This document shows, piece by piece, positions 1 to 8,094 of a stretch of DNA of 29,894 nucleotides (its first letter is position 1; each line of letters opens with the position of its first letter). The stretch covers positions 1-29,894 of IMG/VR virus record IMGVR_UViG_3300017548_000014; one strand, 5' to 3'. The position numbers were made by a program, and so were the translations under genes. The notes beneath the pieces are model-generated. The model was not told where the DNA came from. It worked only from the letters and a program-made list of their open reading frames with translations, and did not search any database. Source of the DNA: a virus. Its lineage: Duplodnaviria > Caudoviricetes.

Positions 1-32
1 TCTCCGTCGGGGATTTGCAGCATCGCGCTCAT
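1..32 (-). CDS. 5' end of next early-left gene (MSAMLQIPDG...), runs off the window
   Basis: ATG at 32..30 overlaps the TGA of the upstream gene (ATGA coupling). Confidence 0.5.
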   Translation of the reverse strand, partial: MSAMLQIPDG

Positions 33-544
33 GCCGCATCCCTCCGCAGGAACCCGGGCATCGGATCGTCGTCGTCGTGATCGCGCGCGCCGATCTGGTC
101 GATGACGATCCTCTCTGGACGCGTCGAGCTCTCACCGGCGCCCATCGGAATGCCCGCAGGATCATGCGGCGGCTCCACATCAAACGCCGTGAGCGCAGCC
201 CGCAGCGCTTCCTCCTGCCGTTCCATTTCTGCCCGGCGCTCGGCGTAGTGAGCATCAGACCGAGGAGCGAGGCGCTCCAGCGCCTGATTGGCGTCGGCCA
301 GCGCCAGTTCCAGCGCGCGGCGATCGAGAACGCCTTCCCGTGCATCCCTCTCCAGCACGGCACCGACGGTCTGCGTCAGCCTCTCGGCCAGCAGCCGGAA
401 ATCCGCTTCGGCGCGTTCAGCGAACTCCGCATCCGATCGCGCCCGGTGCGCGGCGTCGCGGAATTCCCGGAGCCTCGTCATCATGCCATCGGTGGCGGCG
501 TCGAAGCCGTCGAGGTCCAGATGCTTTCCCTTGCGCTTCGTCAT
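29..544 (-). CDS. Hypothetical helical phage protein (~171 aa)
   Basis: Start MTKRKGKH at ATG 544, 2 nt after the HNH stop; helical E/R/A-rich sequence. Confidence 0.75.
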   Translation of the reverse strand: MTKRKGKHLDLDGFDAATDGMMTRLREFRDAAHRARSDAEFAERAEADFRLLAERLTQTVGAVLERDAREGVLDRRALELALADANQALERLAPRSDAHYAERRAEMERQEEALRAALTAFDVEPPHDPAGIPMGAGESSTRPERIVIDQIGARDHDDDDPMPGFLRRDAA

Positions 545-546
545 GG

Positions 547-930
547 TCAGCGTCCTTTCACGGGTTCGCCGGTCCGGCGGTCGATCACCGTGCCGTCCAG
601 CTTCAGCTTGAAGGGGGAGTTGCGGCTGCCGGGCATGCGGGAGGGCTTGCGGATGCCAAGGTGGCGCTGCTTCGCCCGCTTGGCCTTCGCGATGGAGCGC
701 AGGTCGTCCTTGGTCTTGTCGCGCGCGCATGCTTCATGCGCAGGGCCGCGGTTCGCCAGATCATTCGACCCGCCGAGAGCCAGGGGGATGATGTGCTCGT
801 CTATCCAGCGGTCGCGGGTGCCGTCGATCTTCTGCTTGCAGATGCAGCAGATGCCCTTGTGCCGCTCCCACATGTCGAGGCGCTGGCGCGGGGTCAGAGG
901 CTTGCGCGGTGTGGTGCCGACGTCGGTCAT
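547..930 (-). CDS. Small HNH endonuclease
   Basis: CCICKQ...DEHIIPLALGGSNDLANRGPAHEAC: CxxC plus HNH motif. Confidence 0.9.
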   Translation of the reverse strand: MTDVGTTPRKPLTPRQRLDMWERHKGICCICKQKIDGTRDRWIDEHIIPLALGGSNDLANRGPAHEACARDKTKDDLRSIAKAKRAKQRHLGIRKPSRMPGSRNSPFKLKLDGTVIDRRTGEPVKGR

Positions 931-1214
931 GCCGCGATCTCCACGGCACGACGGCGGGTCTTGTTCTTCGGGCGCTGTCCCTCGCCAAGAACCGTCACGA
1001 TGCGACGGTCCTCGATCATGAGCCAGATCGGCGGGATGCGGACTCCCGCGGCACCGGCCTTGATGGCCTCGCAGATGGTCGGGGTCAGAACCTTCCCGCA
1101 GACCTCGCCATAGCGCAGCGGGGCGGCGGCGATCGCGTCTGCCTGGGTCATGCCTTCGACGCGCTCAAGCCAGCGGGCCGCGGCATGTAGGGTGAGGGGA
1201 GCGAGGCCGGTCAC
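927..1214 (-). CDS. Hypothetical phage protein (95 aa)
   Basis: Coupled at both ends; HAAARWLERV...IVTVL pattern. Confidence 0.7.
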   Translation of the reverse strand: MTGLAPLTLHAAARWLERVEGMTQADAIAAAPLRYGEVCGKVLTPTICEAIKAGAAGVRIPPIWLMIEDRRIVTVLGEGQRPKNKTRRRAVEIAA

Positions 1215-1804
1215 AGAACCACCTCGATCAGGTTCTGGCGCTTGAGTTCGAAGAACAGCCGGCGCACGCGCTGCACGTCGTCATGCGCGCTCTTGGGGCC
1301 TTCCCGCGACGGCTCGGACAGGAGGATCGAGCACGCCTCATCGATCTTCGGCTGGCGGTATTGCCCGTCTTCTGTCTCGCTCGGGATCTTGCAGGCGGCG
1401 CGCACCGCTTCCCTCAACTCGGGAAAGCACAGGCCGGGCCGCATCCATTTCTCGACGCTCTTGCGATTCCGGATCAGGATCGAGGCGACAACCTTTCGGG
1501 CATGATCGTTGAAGGACACCGCGACCTTCGCCTGGTTGGCCATGCCGATCAGGACGCCCAGCGCCGCGATTTCGCTGACGCCATGCTTGGCCGCATCCCT
1601 CGACGTGATGCCGTGCACCTCCGCCGCGCCGTCCTTGATCTTCCGGCCTTCCGAATTGATCGGGGACCAGAACGAGGCGAGGGGATTGCCGTCTGCATCG
1701 ACCAGCTCCGCCGCGATCTCGCATATCCAGGGCTGGCCCGGATCATCAAGAGGGAGGTCGGTGCGCAGAACGTCGGACGTGGCGCAGGCGAAGATGAGGA
1801 TCAT
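1211..1804 (-). CDS. DEDDh 3'-5' exonuclease-fold protein with degenerate catalytic motifs
   Basis: QPWICEIAAELVD, AAEVHGIT and SAHDDV match the DnaQ-like scaffold; ExoI DxE is replaced by ACAT. Confidence 0.7.
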   Translation of the reverse strand: MILIFACATSDVLRTDLPLDDPGQPWICEIAAELVDADGNPLASFWSPINSEGRKIKDGAAEVHGITSRDAAKHGVSEIAALGVLIGMANQAKVAVSFNDHARKVVASILIRNRKSVEKWMRPGLCFPELREAVRAACKIPSETEDGQYRQPKIDEACSILLSEPSREGPKSAHDDVQRVRRLFFELKRQNLIEVVL

Positions 1805-2937
1805 TTGCCGACGAGCTCCGCCAGCCGATCGGTGGCCGCCTGCGCCGTGATCTTGTTCTGCACCCGGTCGAGGTGGACCGCGTTGACGGCGCGGACCTCT
1901 TCAAAGGCTTCGGTCCCCTCCGGCGGGAAGCCGCCGTTCTCGTTCCAATAGGTCTTGATGTAGTCCTTGAGGGATTTCTCCGACGACGCGCGCCAAAGCA
2001 TTTTCGCGTAGCTCTTGAGAACATCGAGGGGCAGGCCTTCGCCTTCCGATCGGGCAGCGGAGCTTGCGTCGTCCTGCCCCTCGTCCTCGCCCCGCGACTG
2101 CGGATCGGAGGCGGGTTCCGACGAGCCGGAGTCATCCACGCCAGACGTGAACAGCCCCGGCTCTTCCGATGCGGCGCCATCATGGCTCGTGGTGTCGTCC
2201 TGCTCTGCAGGCCCTGATTCCACGACCTCGGCCGCGTCGGTTTCGATGATGTCTTCGCTGCCGTCGATCTCGCGATCGACATGTTGCTGCGAGAAGCCGC
2301 TTTCGCCGCCGCCGGTCAGCCGCGCCGCAATGCCGGGCGGGTTGACCTCGCGCGCTGCGTCGGGGCCGCGTTCGTCCAGCTCGTCGGGGGCATAGACGCC
2401 AAGCAGCACTTCCGGCGTATAGCGACGCGCCCAACTGCGGATGCTGTAGTAGCCGAGTTGCTGCTGCGGATCGGCCTTCCAGAGCGGGGAATTCTTGGTC
2501 CTGATCTCGCCAACGCGCGGGCTCTCGTAGACCTTCCGCGATCCGTCCTGCATTTCGCAGGCGACGGTGCAGCGCAGGTTTTCGCCCTCTCCGGTAAACT
2601 CGTATTCCGGCCGGCGGGCAATCGGCGCGCGGGTGTGCACCACGGCGGCGATCAACTGCGCCTCATAGGCGATCATGTCGTTGACGTTGTAGGACTTCGC
2701 CGCGACGGCGAATGGGTCCATTTCCCAGCGCAGGGCCTGCATCGCCACGGCCATGCAGGCGCCGGCATTGCCGCGCAGGTGCTTGGGGATGGCGTGCTGC
2801 GAGCGCGACATGGCTTCGGAGAAGGCCATGACCTCGCCGAAGGAGCGCGGCAGGAGCGCCGCGCCGCCATGGGTCTGCGTCATCGCGACCTGGCTGGCGC
2901 GCAGGGGCTCGACGGTGGCGACTTGGGTGTTGGTCAC
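1801..2937 (-). CDS. recT: RecT-family ssDNA annealing protein with acidic linker and C-terminal domain
   Basis: IPKHLRGNAGACMAVAMQALRWEMDPFAVA, YEAQLIAAV, SPLWKADPQQQLGY, WARRYTPEVLLGVYAPDEL; GTG start coupled to the upstream gene. Confidence 0.9.
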   Translation of the reverse strand: MTNTQVATVEPLRASQVAMTQTHGGAALLPRSFGEVMAFSEAMSRSQHAIPKHLRGNAGACMAVAMQALRWEMDPFAVAAKSYNVNDMIAYEAQLIAAVVHTRAPIARRPEYEFTGEGENLRCTVACEMQDGSRKVYESPRVGEIRTKNSPLWKADPQQQLGYYSIRSWARRYTPEVLLGVYAPDELDERGPDAAREVNPPGIAARLTGGGESGFSQQHVDREIDGSEDIIETDAAEVVESGPAEQDDTTSHDGAASEEPGLFTSGVDDSGSSEPASDPQSRGEDEGQDDASSAARSEGEGLPLDVLKSYAKMLWRASSEKSLKDYIKTYWNENGGFPPEGTEAFEEVRAVNAVHLDRVQNKITAQAATDRLAELVGK

Positions 2938-3851
2938 GCTGCTGTCTCCTCGGGAAGGCTGCCGGCCTGCGCGTCCGCTTCCATCTGGCGGCGGAGCCAA
3001 TCGGGCATGAGCACGCGGCGCTCGTCGGCGTAGCCGGGCCATTCGCCCGTCTCGACGCAGCGCGCGAAGGTGGTGATGGCGCGCTGAACCTGGCGGCCGG
3101 CGAAATAAATCCAGTCCTGATCGACCTCGACCACGCTCACGGCGTAGGGCGGCGCCTTCTCGACGAAGACGAGGACGAACATCGTCATGTCGATCTTGAG
3201 GACTTGCTTGAGGGCGCGGCGGGTGAGGGCGCCCTGCATGGCGTAGCCGTGGCTCAAAATGGCGCGCTGCACCGCCTCGGGCGATGCGTCGGCGCAGGTC
3301 TTGAGATCGACCACGCAGCCGTCGCTCACCGGCAGGACGTCCGGGCGGCTCTTGAGCCAGACCCCGGTTTCCTCGTCCTTCCAGATCAGGCTTCGCTCGA
3401 CCTCGCCCTGGAGGATGCCGGCCTGCACCAGCGGGTGCGCGCCAAGCGTGCGCGCCATGCCGCGGATATGCGTCAGATCATCCGGCACCAGAACCGTGCG
3501 GCCGGCGCTGATCTGCTCTTCGCGCCATTCCTTCGCGGCGGCGGTGCGCCAGTCGGACCATTGATCCGGCCGGACGGCGAACTGCTCGCGGAAGCCGCTC
3601 TCGCCAAGCAGCAGGGTGTGGCAGGCACGGCCCATATCGAGCGCGCGGGAGGCTTCCTCGGGCTCGCGGTCGGGGTTGAGGTAGGAGCCGGCGAAATAGT
3701 GCGCCGGGGTCTGCCGCTCGATGGTGCGTAGGCCGCTGGACGAGATCGACGGACCGACGCAGCAATCGCCATGGTAGAGCTCGATGTCGAGATCGTAGAC
3801 GCCGCTGGCGGAAACCTTCTCGCCAGACTTGAGCTTGAGAACCTTGGTCAT
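2934..3851 (-). CDS. RecE/exonuclease VIII-like PD-(D/E)XK nuclease (DUF3799 type)
   Basis: ISSSGLR, GRACHTLLL, ERSLIWKDEETGVWLKSRPD, VVDLKT, YAMQGA; adjacent to recT. Confidence 0.9.
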   Translation of the reverse strand: MTKVLKLKSGEKVSASGVYDLDIELYHGDCCVGPSISSSGLRTIERQTPAHYFAGSYLNPDREPEEASRALDMGRACHTLLLGESGFREQFAVRPDQWSDWRTAAAKEWREEQISAGRTVLVPDDLTHIRGMARTLGAHPLVQAGILQGEVERSLIWKDEETGVWLKSRPDVLPVSDGCVVDLKTCADASPEAVQRAILSHGYAMQGALTRRALKQVLKIDMTMFVLVFVEKAPPYAVSVVEVDQDWIYFAGRQVQRAITTFARCVETGEWPGYADERRVLMPDWLRRQMEADAQAGSLPEETAA

Positions 3852-4096
3852 GCCGCCCTCTTGGCTCTGCGCGCCGCGCGCTCTGCCGCGGCACGCTTCT
3901 GCGCCGCCAGCTTCTCCTGCTCGCCCAGAAGCCATTCTTCGGCTCTGGCACGCACCACCGCCTCGGTTGGGCCGGTGAACACCAGCGGCATGAGAATGCG
4001 GCGCTTGGCCTCGATCCCGCCGAAGTAGCCGACGCAGCGAACCGGAGCGTTTGGGCTGTTCGTCGTGAAGACGTGGAAGTCGTTCATGGAGGGCAT
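3848..4096 (-). CDS. Hypothetical phage protein (~82 aa)
   Basis: MPSMNDFHVF..., coupled at both ends. Confidence 0.7.
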   Translation of the reverse strand: MPSMNDFHVFTTNSPNAPVRCVGYFGGIEAKRRILMPLVFTGPTEAVVRARAEEWLLGEQEKLAAQKRAAAERAARRAKRAA

Positions 4097-4833
4097 CACG
4101 AGGCCTCCGCAGCGGCGCGGCGGCGCTCGATCTCGTGACGCACCGTGAACAGCACGTCCTCGTCGAAGTCGCGGTCGGACACCCAATGCAGGAAGCCCTC
4201 GTCGACTTCGGACCAGCGCAGACCGCGGTTCTTGCCGATGCCGCAGCGGACCTGCAACGCGGGCTCGCCGGTCCACTGGATCAAGGTTTCAAGCGGCGTC
4301 GTCTCCAGCATGTCGCGGAGTAGGAACGCCGTGACATAGGCGTCCGGCATGGCCCGGTGCGCGACGTTGGCGATCTCGCGGATCAGCCCCTCGGGCCGGC
4401 GCCAGTAACGCAGCGCCTGGTTGGAATGCGACGGGGCATCGGGCCAGAGCCGCAGCGCGCATTTATAGGTGCACACCCACGGCAGCCCGCCGGTCAGATC
4501 ATCGGTGATGAACTGCCGCTCGAACTTGGCGTTGTGCGCGGCGTAGGCGGCGATCGGAACGGCCGACAGGCTGAGAGCCGCGACCACATCCCGCCAAGAA
4601 CAGGCGCCGAACAGGTCTTCGTCGATGATGTGGTGGATCGCGCTCGTCTCGGGCGGGATCGGGCGCGTCGTGCGGACGAACAGGTCTCCGAACGGATTGT
4701 TGCTGATCCGCCAGTCGGCAGGGCCACCGAGCAGATCATGGCCGGCCTCAAGATCGACCCAGCCGATCTGGCAGACCTCGGCCTCGGGAGGCGTGAAGCC
4801 GGTCGTTTCCAGGTCAACAACTCTTACGAGCAT
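4096..4833 (-). CDS. Exonuclease X-like DEDDh 3'-5' exonuclease
   Basis: VVDLETTG, AAHNAKFE, AHRAMPDAYVT; C-terminal GKNRGLRWSEVDEGFLHW domain. Confidence 0.9.
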   Translation of the reverse strand: MLVRVVDLETTGFTPPEAEVCQIGWVDLEAGHDLLGGPADWRISNNPFGDLFVRTTRPIPPETSAIHHIIDEDLFGACSWRDVVAALSLSAVPIAAYAAHNAKFERQFITDDLTGGLPWVCTYKCALRLWPDAPSHSNQALRYWRRPEGLIREIANVAHRAMPDAYVTAFLLRDMLETTPLETLIQWTGEPALQVRCGIGKNRGLRWSEVDEGFLHWVSDRDFDEDVLFTVRHEIERRRAAAEAS

Positions 4834-5399
4834 GATGCATCCCCCTCGTTCACATGCCGCCATGCACGGCCGTCTCTGACTTGTCGGATGGTCGACTCGT
4901 TCACGCCGAAGCGGCGCGCCAGTCGCGAAATGCTGCCGCGACCCGAGCGACATTCGCGCCTGATCTCGGGGATGTCGGCTTCGGAAAGTTTGGATTGCCG
5001 AGTGCGATCACCGACCGCCTTACGCCCGTTCCGCACAGCGTCGAGCAGGTTCTCGGATCGCGTTCCCCAGCGAAGGTTCACGAGGCGATTGTCGTCAGGG
5101 ATATCGTTGGCGTGGAGGGATTCATGTTCGCTCGGGCAGGGGCCGACGAACGCCTCCAGAACGAGGATATGAACGTCCACCGAGTGCCCGCGCCCGAGGG
5201 CCACGCTCACGTGACCAGACGGCTTTCGGCCCGGACGCAGCAGTTGCCCCTTGCGGGTGCGGTGTACCGTGATCTCGCGCCCCGAATATTGGTCGATGCG
5301 CTGATAGGGCAGGATGCGATCAAGGCTGCGGACGCGGCCGTGATCGGAGACCTCGTAGAGCCCTTCAAAGCCCTTAATCGGAAGCCAATGCTCGGCCAT
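4824..5399 (-). CDS. NUMOD4-HNH homing endonuclease with C-terminal HTH
   Basis: WLPIKGFEGLYEVSDHGRVRS (NUMOD4); VHILVLEAFVGP...HANDIPDDNRLVNLRWGTRSEN. Confidence 0.92.
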   Translation of the reverse strand: MAEHWLPIKGFEGLYEVSDHGRVRSLDRILPYQRIDQYSGREITVHRTRKGQLLRPGRKPSGHVSVALGRGHSVDVHILVLEAFVGPCPSEHESLHANDIPDDNRLVNLRWGTRSENLLDAVRNGRKAVGDRTRQSKLSEADIPEIRRECRSGRGSISRLARRFGVNESTIRQVRDGRAWRHVNEGDASCS

Positions 5400-5506
5400 C
5401 AGATCAGGCCCTTCCACATGCCGATGATTGAGAGGAGGACGGCCATCTGCAGCGCGCAGTTGATCGCAGCACAGGTCGTCTCGGGATGGTTGAGGGGGAG
5501 GCGCAT
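5399..5506 (-). CDS. 35-aa hydrophobic small protein (not in ORF track)
   Basis: MRLPLNHPETTCAAINCALQMAVLLSIIGMWKGLI*, TGATG-coupled at both ends. Confidence 0.7.
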   Translation of the reverse strand: MRLPLNHPETTCAAINCALQMAVLLSIIGMWKGLI

Positions 5507-5958
5507 CAGGCGGCCTCGTCGGGAATGGCGAACTCGTAGTTCGCGTAGGTGCTGTCGCCGTCGTCGGTCTCGCGGCTGCGATAATTCGGATTGCGGATCG
5601 CTCCGACGCTGATGGAGTCCACCCCGTTCTCGCGGGTGCAGACGTGCAGCGTGTTTCCTTCGCGGTGGACATGCCGGAAGCGCACGAAGTCGTCGTGGGC
5701 CAGACCGCAGAGCCGGAGAAGCGCGGCTTCCTGCTTATGTTCGGCCTTCTGGCGGGCCTCGCGTTCGGCCTCCGCAGCCTCAAAGGCGGCGATCTCTTCC
5801 GGCGTCGCTTCGCGGAAGCCGGACGCGTCCGGTGCAAGGTCTTTGCCGCCGAGCGTGTATGTGCCGAAATGGCAATAGAAGGGCTTGGCCTCTTCGAACC
5901 AGCAAACGGCCTCGCGTCCAAGTTCGACGCGAACACGATAGATGCGATCCGGCTTCAT
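5506..5958 (-). CDS. Hypothetical phage protein (150 aa)
   Basis: Coupled ORF with globular composition (RFRHV...VCTRENG...DDGDSTYANYEF). Confidence 0.8.
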   Translation of the reverse strand: MKPDRIYRVRVELGREAVCWFEEAKPFYCHFGTYTLGGKDLAPDASGFREATPEEIAAFEAAEAEREARQKAEHKQEAALLRLCGLAHDDFVRFRHVHREGNTLHVCTRENGVDSISVGAIRNPNYRSRETDDGDSTYANYEFAIPDEAA

Positions 5959-6191
5959 GCCGCGCTCCTCGTTCTGGCGCTCGCGACAAGCTCGGCATGG
6001 CGGAGCTTCGCGGCTGCGGTGGAAAGGGTGTCGATCCGGTCGTGCTCGACCTGGGCGAGTTCAGAGAGACCGGCATTCGAGACCTGCGCGGCAAGGCGGC
6101 GCCGATGCTCAACGGCCATGTCCACGGCGTTGATGATCTCGACCAGTTCGCCGGCGGTCAGAGTGGCGATGAATTCGGTGGCGGGGGTCAT
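5955..6191 (-). CDS. Hypothetical helical protein (78 aa)
   Basis: ATG 6191 with GGAGG RBS; ATGA coupling at both ends. Confidence 0.75.
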   Translation of the reverse strand: MTPATEFIATLTAGELVEIINAVDMAVEHRRRLAAQVSNAGLSELAQVEHDRIDTLSTAAAKLRHAELVASARTRSAA

Positions 6192-6787
6192 GAGCGACCC
6201 TCCGCCTCGCGCTCGGCATCCTTGCGAGCCCACATCGTCCGCGCGCCCATGCCGCCGGGAGAGAGCGGGCCGCGATAGCCCGGAACCTCATCCCGCATGT
6301 CGAACTGCGGATCGAAGAAGCGGCCCGTATAGGTGCAGCGGACGAGCGGGTTCAGGACTTCCGCCAGCTTGGCGCAGGAGCGCAGCGCGTCCTGCTGGAC
6401 ATAGCCGACCGAGTAACCGTAACCGGCGTCCCGATCCCAGACGTGGCCGTAATCGCAGCCAACCTTGATCCAGCGATGGTCGCTATCGGGTGTCTGGCCC
6501 TTCTCGTAGAAGGTGATCCCGCCGTGGAACTCGCCTGCCGACAGGATGCTGTCGTATTCGTTGTAGACGGGCTGCCGGAGGCCGCTTGAGCGATCCATCA
6601 TATGTTCGACAGGGAGCCAGACCTTCGCCCAATCCTCCGGCCGCAACTGCTGCTCGGGAATCGTGACGTAGTAGTTCCACATGCCCTTGCCGTCGCACAT
6701 GTGGCCGACCCCCCAATGGGCGATCTCATAGGCGAGGCCTTCGGGGCTGGTGCCGTTCCAGAGGCGCTTTTCGTTGAGGCTTTCCAT
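6188..6787 (-). CDS. Hypothetical phage protein (199 aa)
   Basis: WNYYVTIPE, FHGGITFYEK, IKVGCDYGH motifs; starts immediately after the upstream stop. Confidence 0.85.
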   Translation of the reverse strand: MESLNEKRLWNGTSPEGLAYEIAHWGVGHMCDGKGMWNYYVTIPEQQLRPEDWAKVWLPVEHMMDRSSGLRQPVYNEYDSILSAGEFHGGITFYEKGQTPDSDHRWIKVGCDYGHVWDRDAGYGYSVGYVQQDALRSCAKLAEVLNPLVRCTYTGRFFDPQFDMRDEVPGYRGPLSPGGMGARTMWARKDAEREAEGRS

Positions 6788-7171
6788 TTAGGCCGCCTCC
6801 CCGTTGGCATAGACGAACTGACCTTCCTCGATCCCGCTGGCGTGGCCAGCATCGGAGTCGTGCTCGGCGCAGAAGTCGAACAGGTTGTCGGGCATGGTGC
6901 GGTGGCCGTCTCGGGCGTCTTCCACGAGCAGCCGGGCGATCTCGTCGCTGGCGTCGCGGCTGGTGCCCTCGACCACGTTGAAGCGCACGACCTTGAGAAT
7001 GTCGCAGCCGTCAAATCCCCAGATCTGATCCGCCGCGTCCCGCGCGTTCTGGAACAGGTGCGTCTCGTTGATGACGACCGGCTTGCCCGTCTGGTTCTTC
7101 CAGCGGGTCACGACGACGTAGGTGTCGTGGTCCCAGTCCAGACCGGTATCGGTCAGAAAAGCCTTCTGCAT
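6788..7171 (-). CDS. Hypothetical phage protein (127 aa)
   Basis: ATG 7171 with GGAGG RBS. Confidence 0.8.
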   Translation of the reverse strand: MQKAFLTDTGLDWDHDTYVVVTRWKNQTGKPVVINETHLFQNARDAADQIWGFDGCDILKVVRFNVVEGTSRDASDEIARLLVEDARDGHRTMPDNLFDFCAEHDSDAGHASGIEEGQFVYANGEAA

Positions 7172-7172
7172 C

Positions 7173-7331
7173 TCATCGCCTCCGCAGTGCGACGTTGAAG
7201 CCATGAGGCAGACGGGGCGTGCTGATGCCGTCCCAATGCCCTCCGGCGCTCTCGACGGCGGCGTGGATGCAGGCGCTCCAGGTCTCGAATTCCTCGACCT
7301 CTTCGCCGTGGATCAGGAAGACCCAAGCCAT
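7173..7331 (-). CDS. 52-aa first gene of the PL operon (not in ORF track)
   Basis: MAWVFLIHGEEVEEFETWSACIHAAVESAGGHWDGISTPRLPHGFNVALRRR*; GAGG RBS; high GC3. Confidence 0.7.
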   Translation of the reverse strand: MAWVFLIHGEEVEEFETWSACIHAAVESAGGHWDGISTPRLPHGFNVALRRR

Positions 7332-7355
7332 GCCGTCGCCTCGTCTGTTGGGACC

Positions 7356-7408
7356 AAGCTAAGCATGATAGAAATATCACGTCAACAACAATGATGATAA
7401 AAATATCT
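7356..7408 (-). promoter_or_regulatory. PL-like promoter with two repressor operators (OL)
   Basis: -35 TTGACG (7385..7380), 17-18 bp spacer, TTAGCT/TAGCTT; operators TGATAGAAATATCA (7366-7379) and TGATAAAAATATCT (7395-7408). Confidence 0.8.
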
Positions 7409-7416
7409 TGCAGTCT

Positions 7417-7694
7417 GATATCGGCTCGGCTTACCCATATGGCGGGCTGTCACCGTGGCTGAGCCGGAATCCGGCGGAGCTTTCCCAGACAAGACGGCTG
7501 GCGTGGGGGTTAGATCATCCTACGGCGCGCTGGGGATCTGAGGACGGGCTATCCGAGAGGACGTCCTGCCAATGCGACCGACCGACACGACGGTTCAGGC
7601 CGCGGGCATGGGTTCCCTCCCTCTATGGTTCTCCATAGGGGGTAGGGGGTCTTTGCCTCGCTCCCTCCCTCCACTCGGGTTCAATCCCTTGGAG
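7417..7694 (+). ncRNA. Candidate large structured RNA (multibranch), family unassigned
   Basis: At least six nested helices with G-U pairs favouring the + strand, a GAGA tetraloop, and closing stem 7473-7479/7651-7657. Confidence 0.6.
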
Positions 7695-7701
7695 AAAGCC
7701 C

Positions 7702-7883
7702 ATGGCCAGACTGAACAACCTCAGTGCCAGATTGAAGGTGAATCAGTTCATGCAGGAGAACGGAAAACCACCGATCTCCGCCGACGCTCCTACGAAGAGT
7801 TCGCGAACGAACTGCGGAAACGGCTGGCGCCCGGCCAAGTGCAGGTGCCATTCGCAAGCGCCCTTATCGCGCAGGGGAGATAG
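7702..7883 (+). pseudogene. Probable frameshifted ORF remnant downstream of the structured RNA
   Basis: GGAG RBS and MARLNNLSARLKVNQFM...; protein-like text continues in another frame (YEEFANELRKRLAPG) near 7790. Confidence 0.45.
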
Positions 7884-7886
7884 GCC

Positions 7887-8090
7887 GTGCCGATCTCAGT
7901 GGAGCGAATGGCTCGCTACCCAGGCGGGGCAATCAGATCGAAGGAATGGAAGTCGTTTCGGGCGCTCATCCTCGAGCGCGCGCGGAACCGCTGCGGGGCA
8001 GCCATCGATAAATTCGGCCGACGCGGCGCCCTGACCTCGAGAGGACAAAACACGCCGCGCGCGCAGCGCGTTCAATCCGCGTGGTTCTAG
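7887..8090 (+). pseudogene. Truncated N-terminus of an HNH-type phage protein
   Basis: MPIS.ERMARYPGGAIRSKEWKSFRALILERARNRC resembles the W..R..ILER...C lead-in of HNH proteins; similarity ends at the first Cys. Confidence 0.55.
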
Positions 8091-8094
8091 TGGT

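Noticed and set aside
77-1113. Long + strand ORFs (314 and 257 aa) over the early-left genes, and similar long antisense ORFs across the window
   Set aside because: Shadow frames of high-GC coding sequence; R/P/A-rich with no motifs, while the opposite strand has coupled, recognisable genes
4824-5936. 370-aa version of the NUMOD4-HNH ORF
   Set aside because: The N-terminal extension overlaps two better genes; the true start is the coupled ATG at 5399
7677-7688. GGGTTCAATCCC as a tRNA T arm or att site
   Set aside because: No cloverleaf or CCA context; treated as part of the RBS-sequestering hairpin
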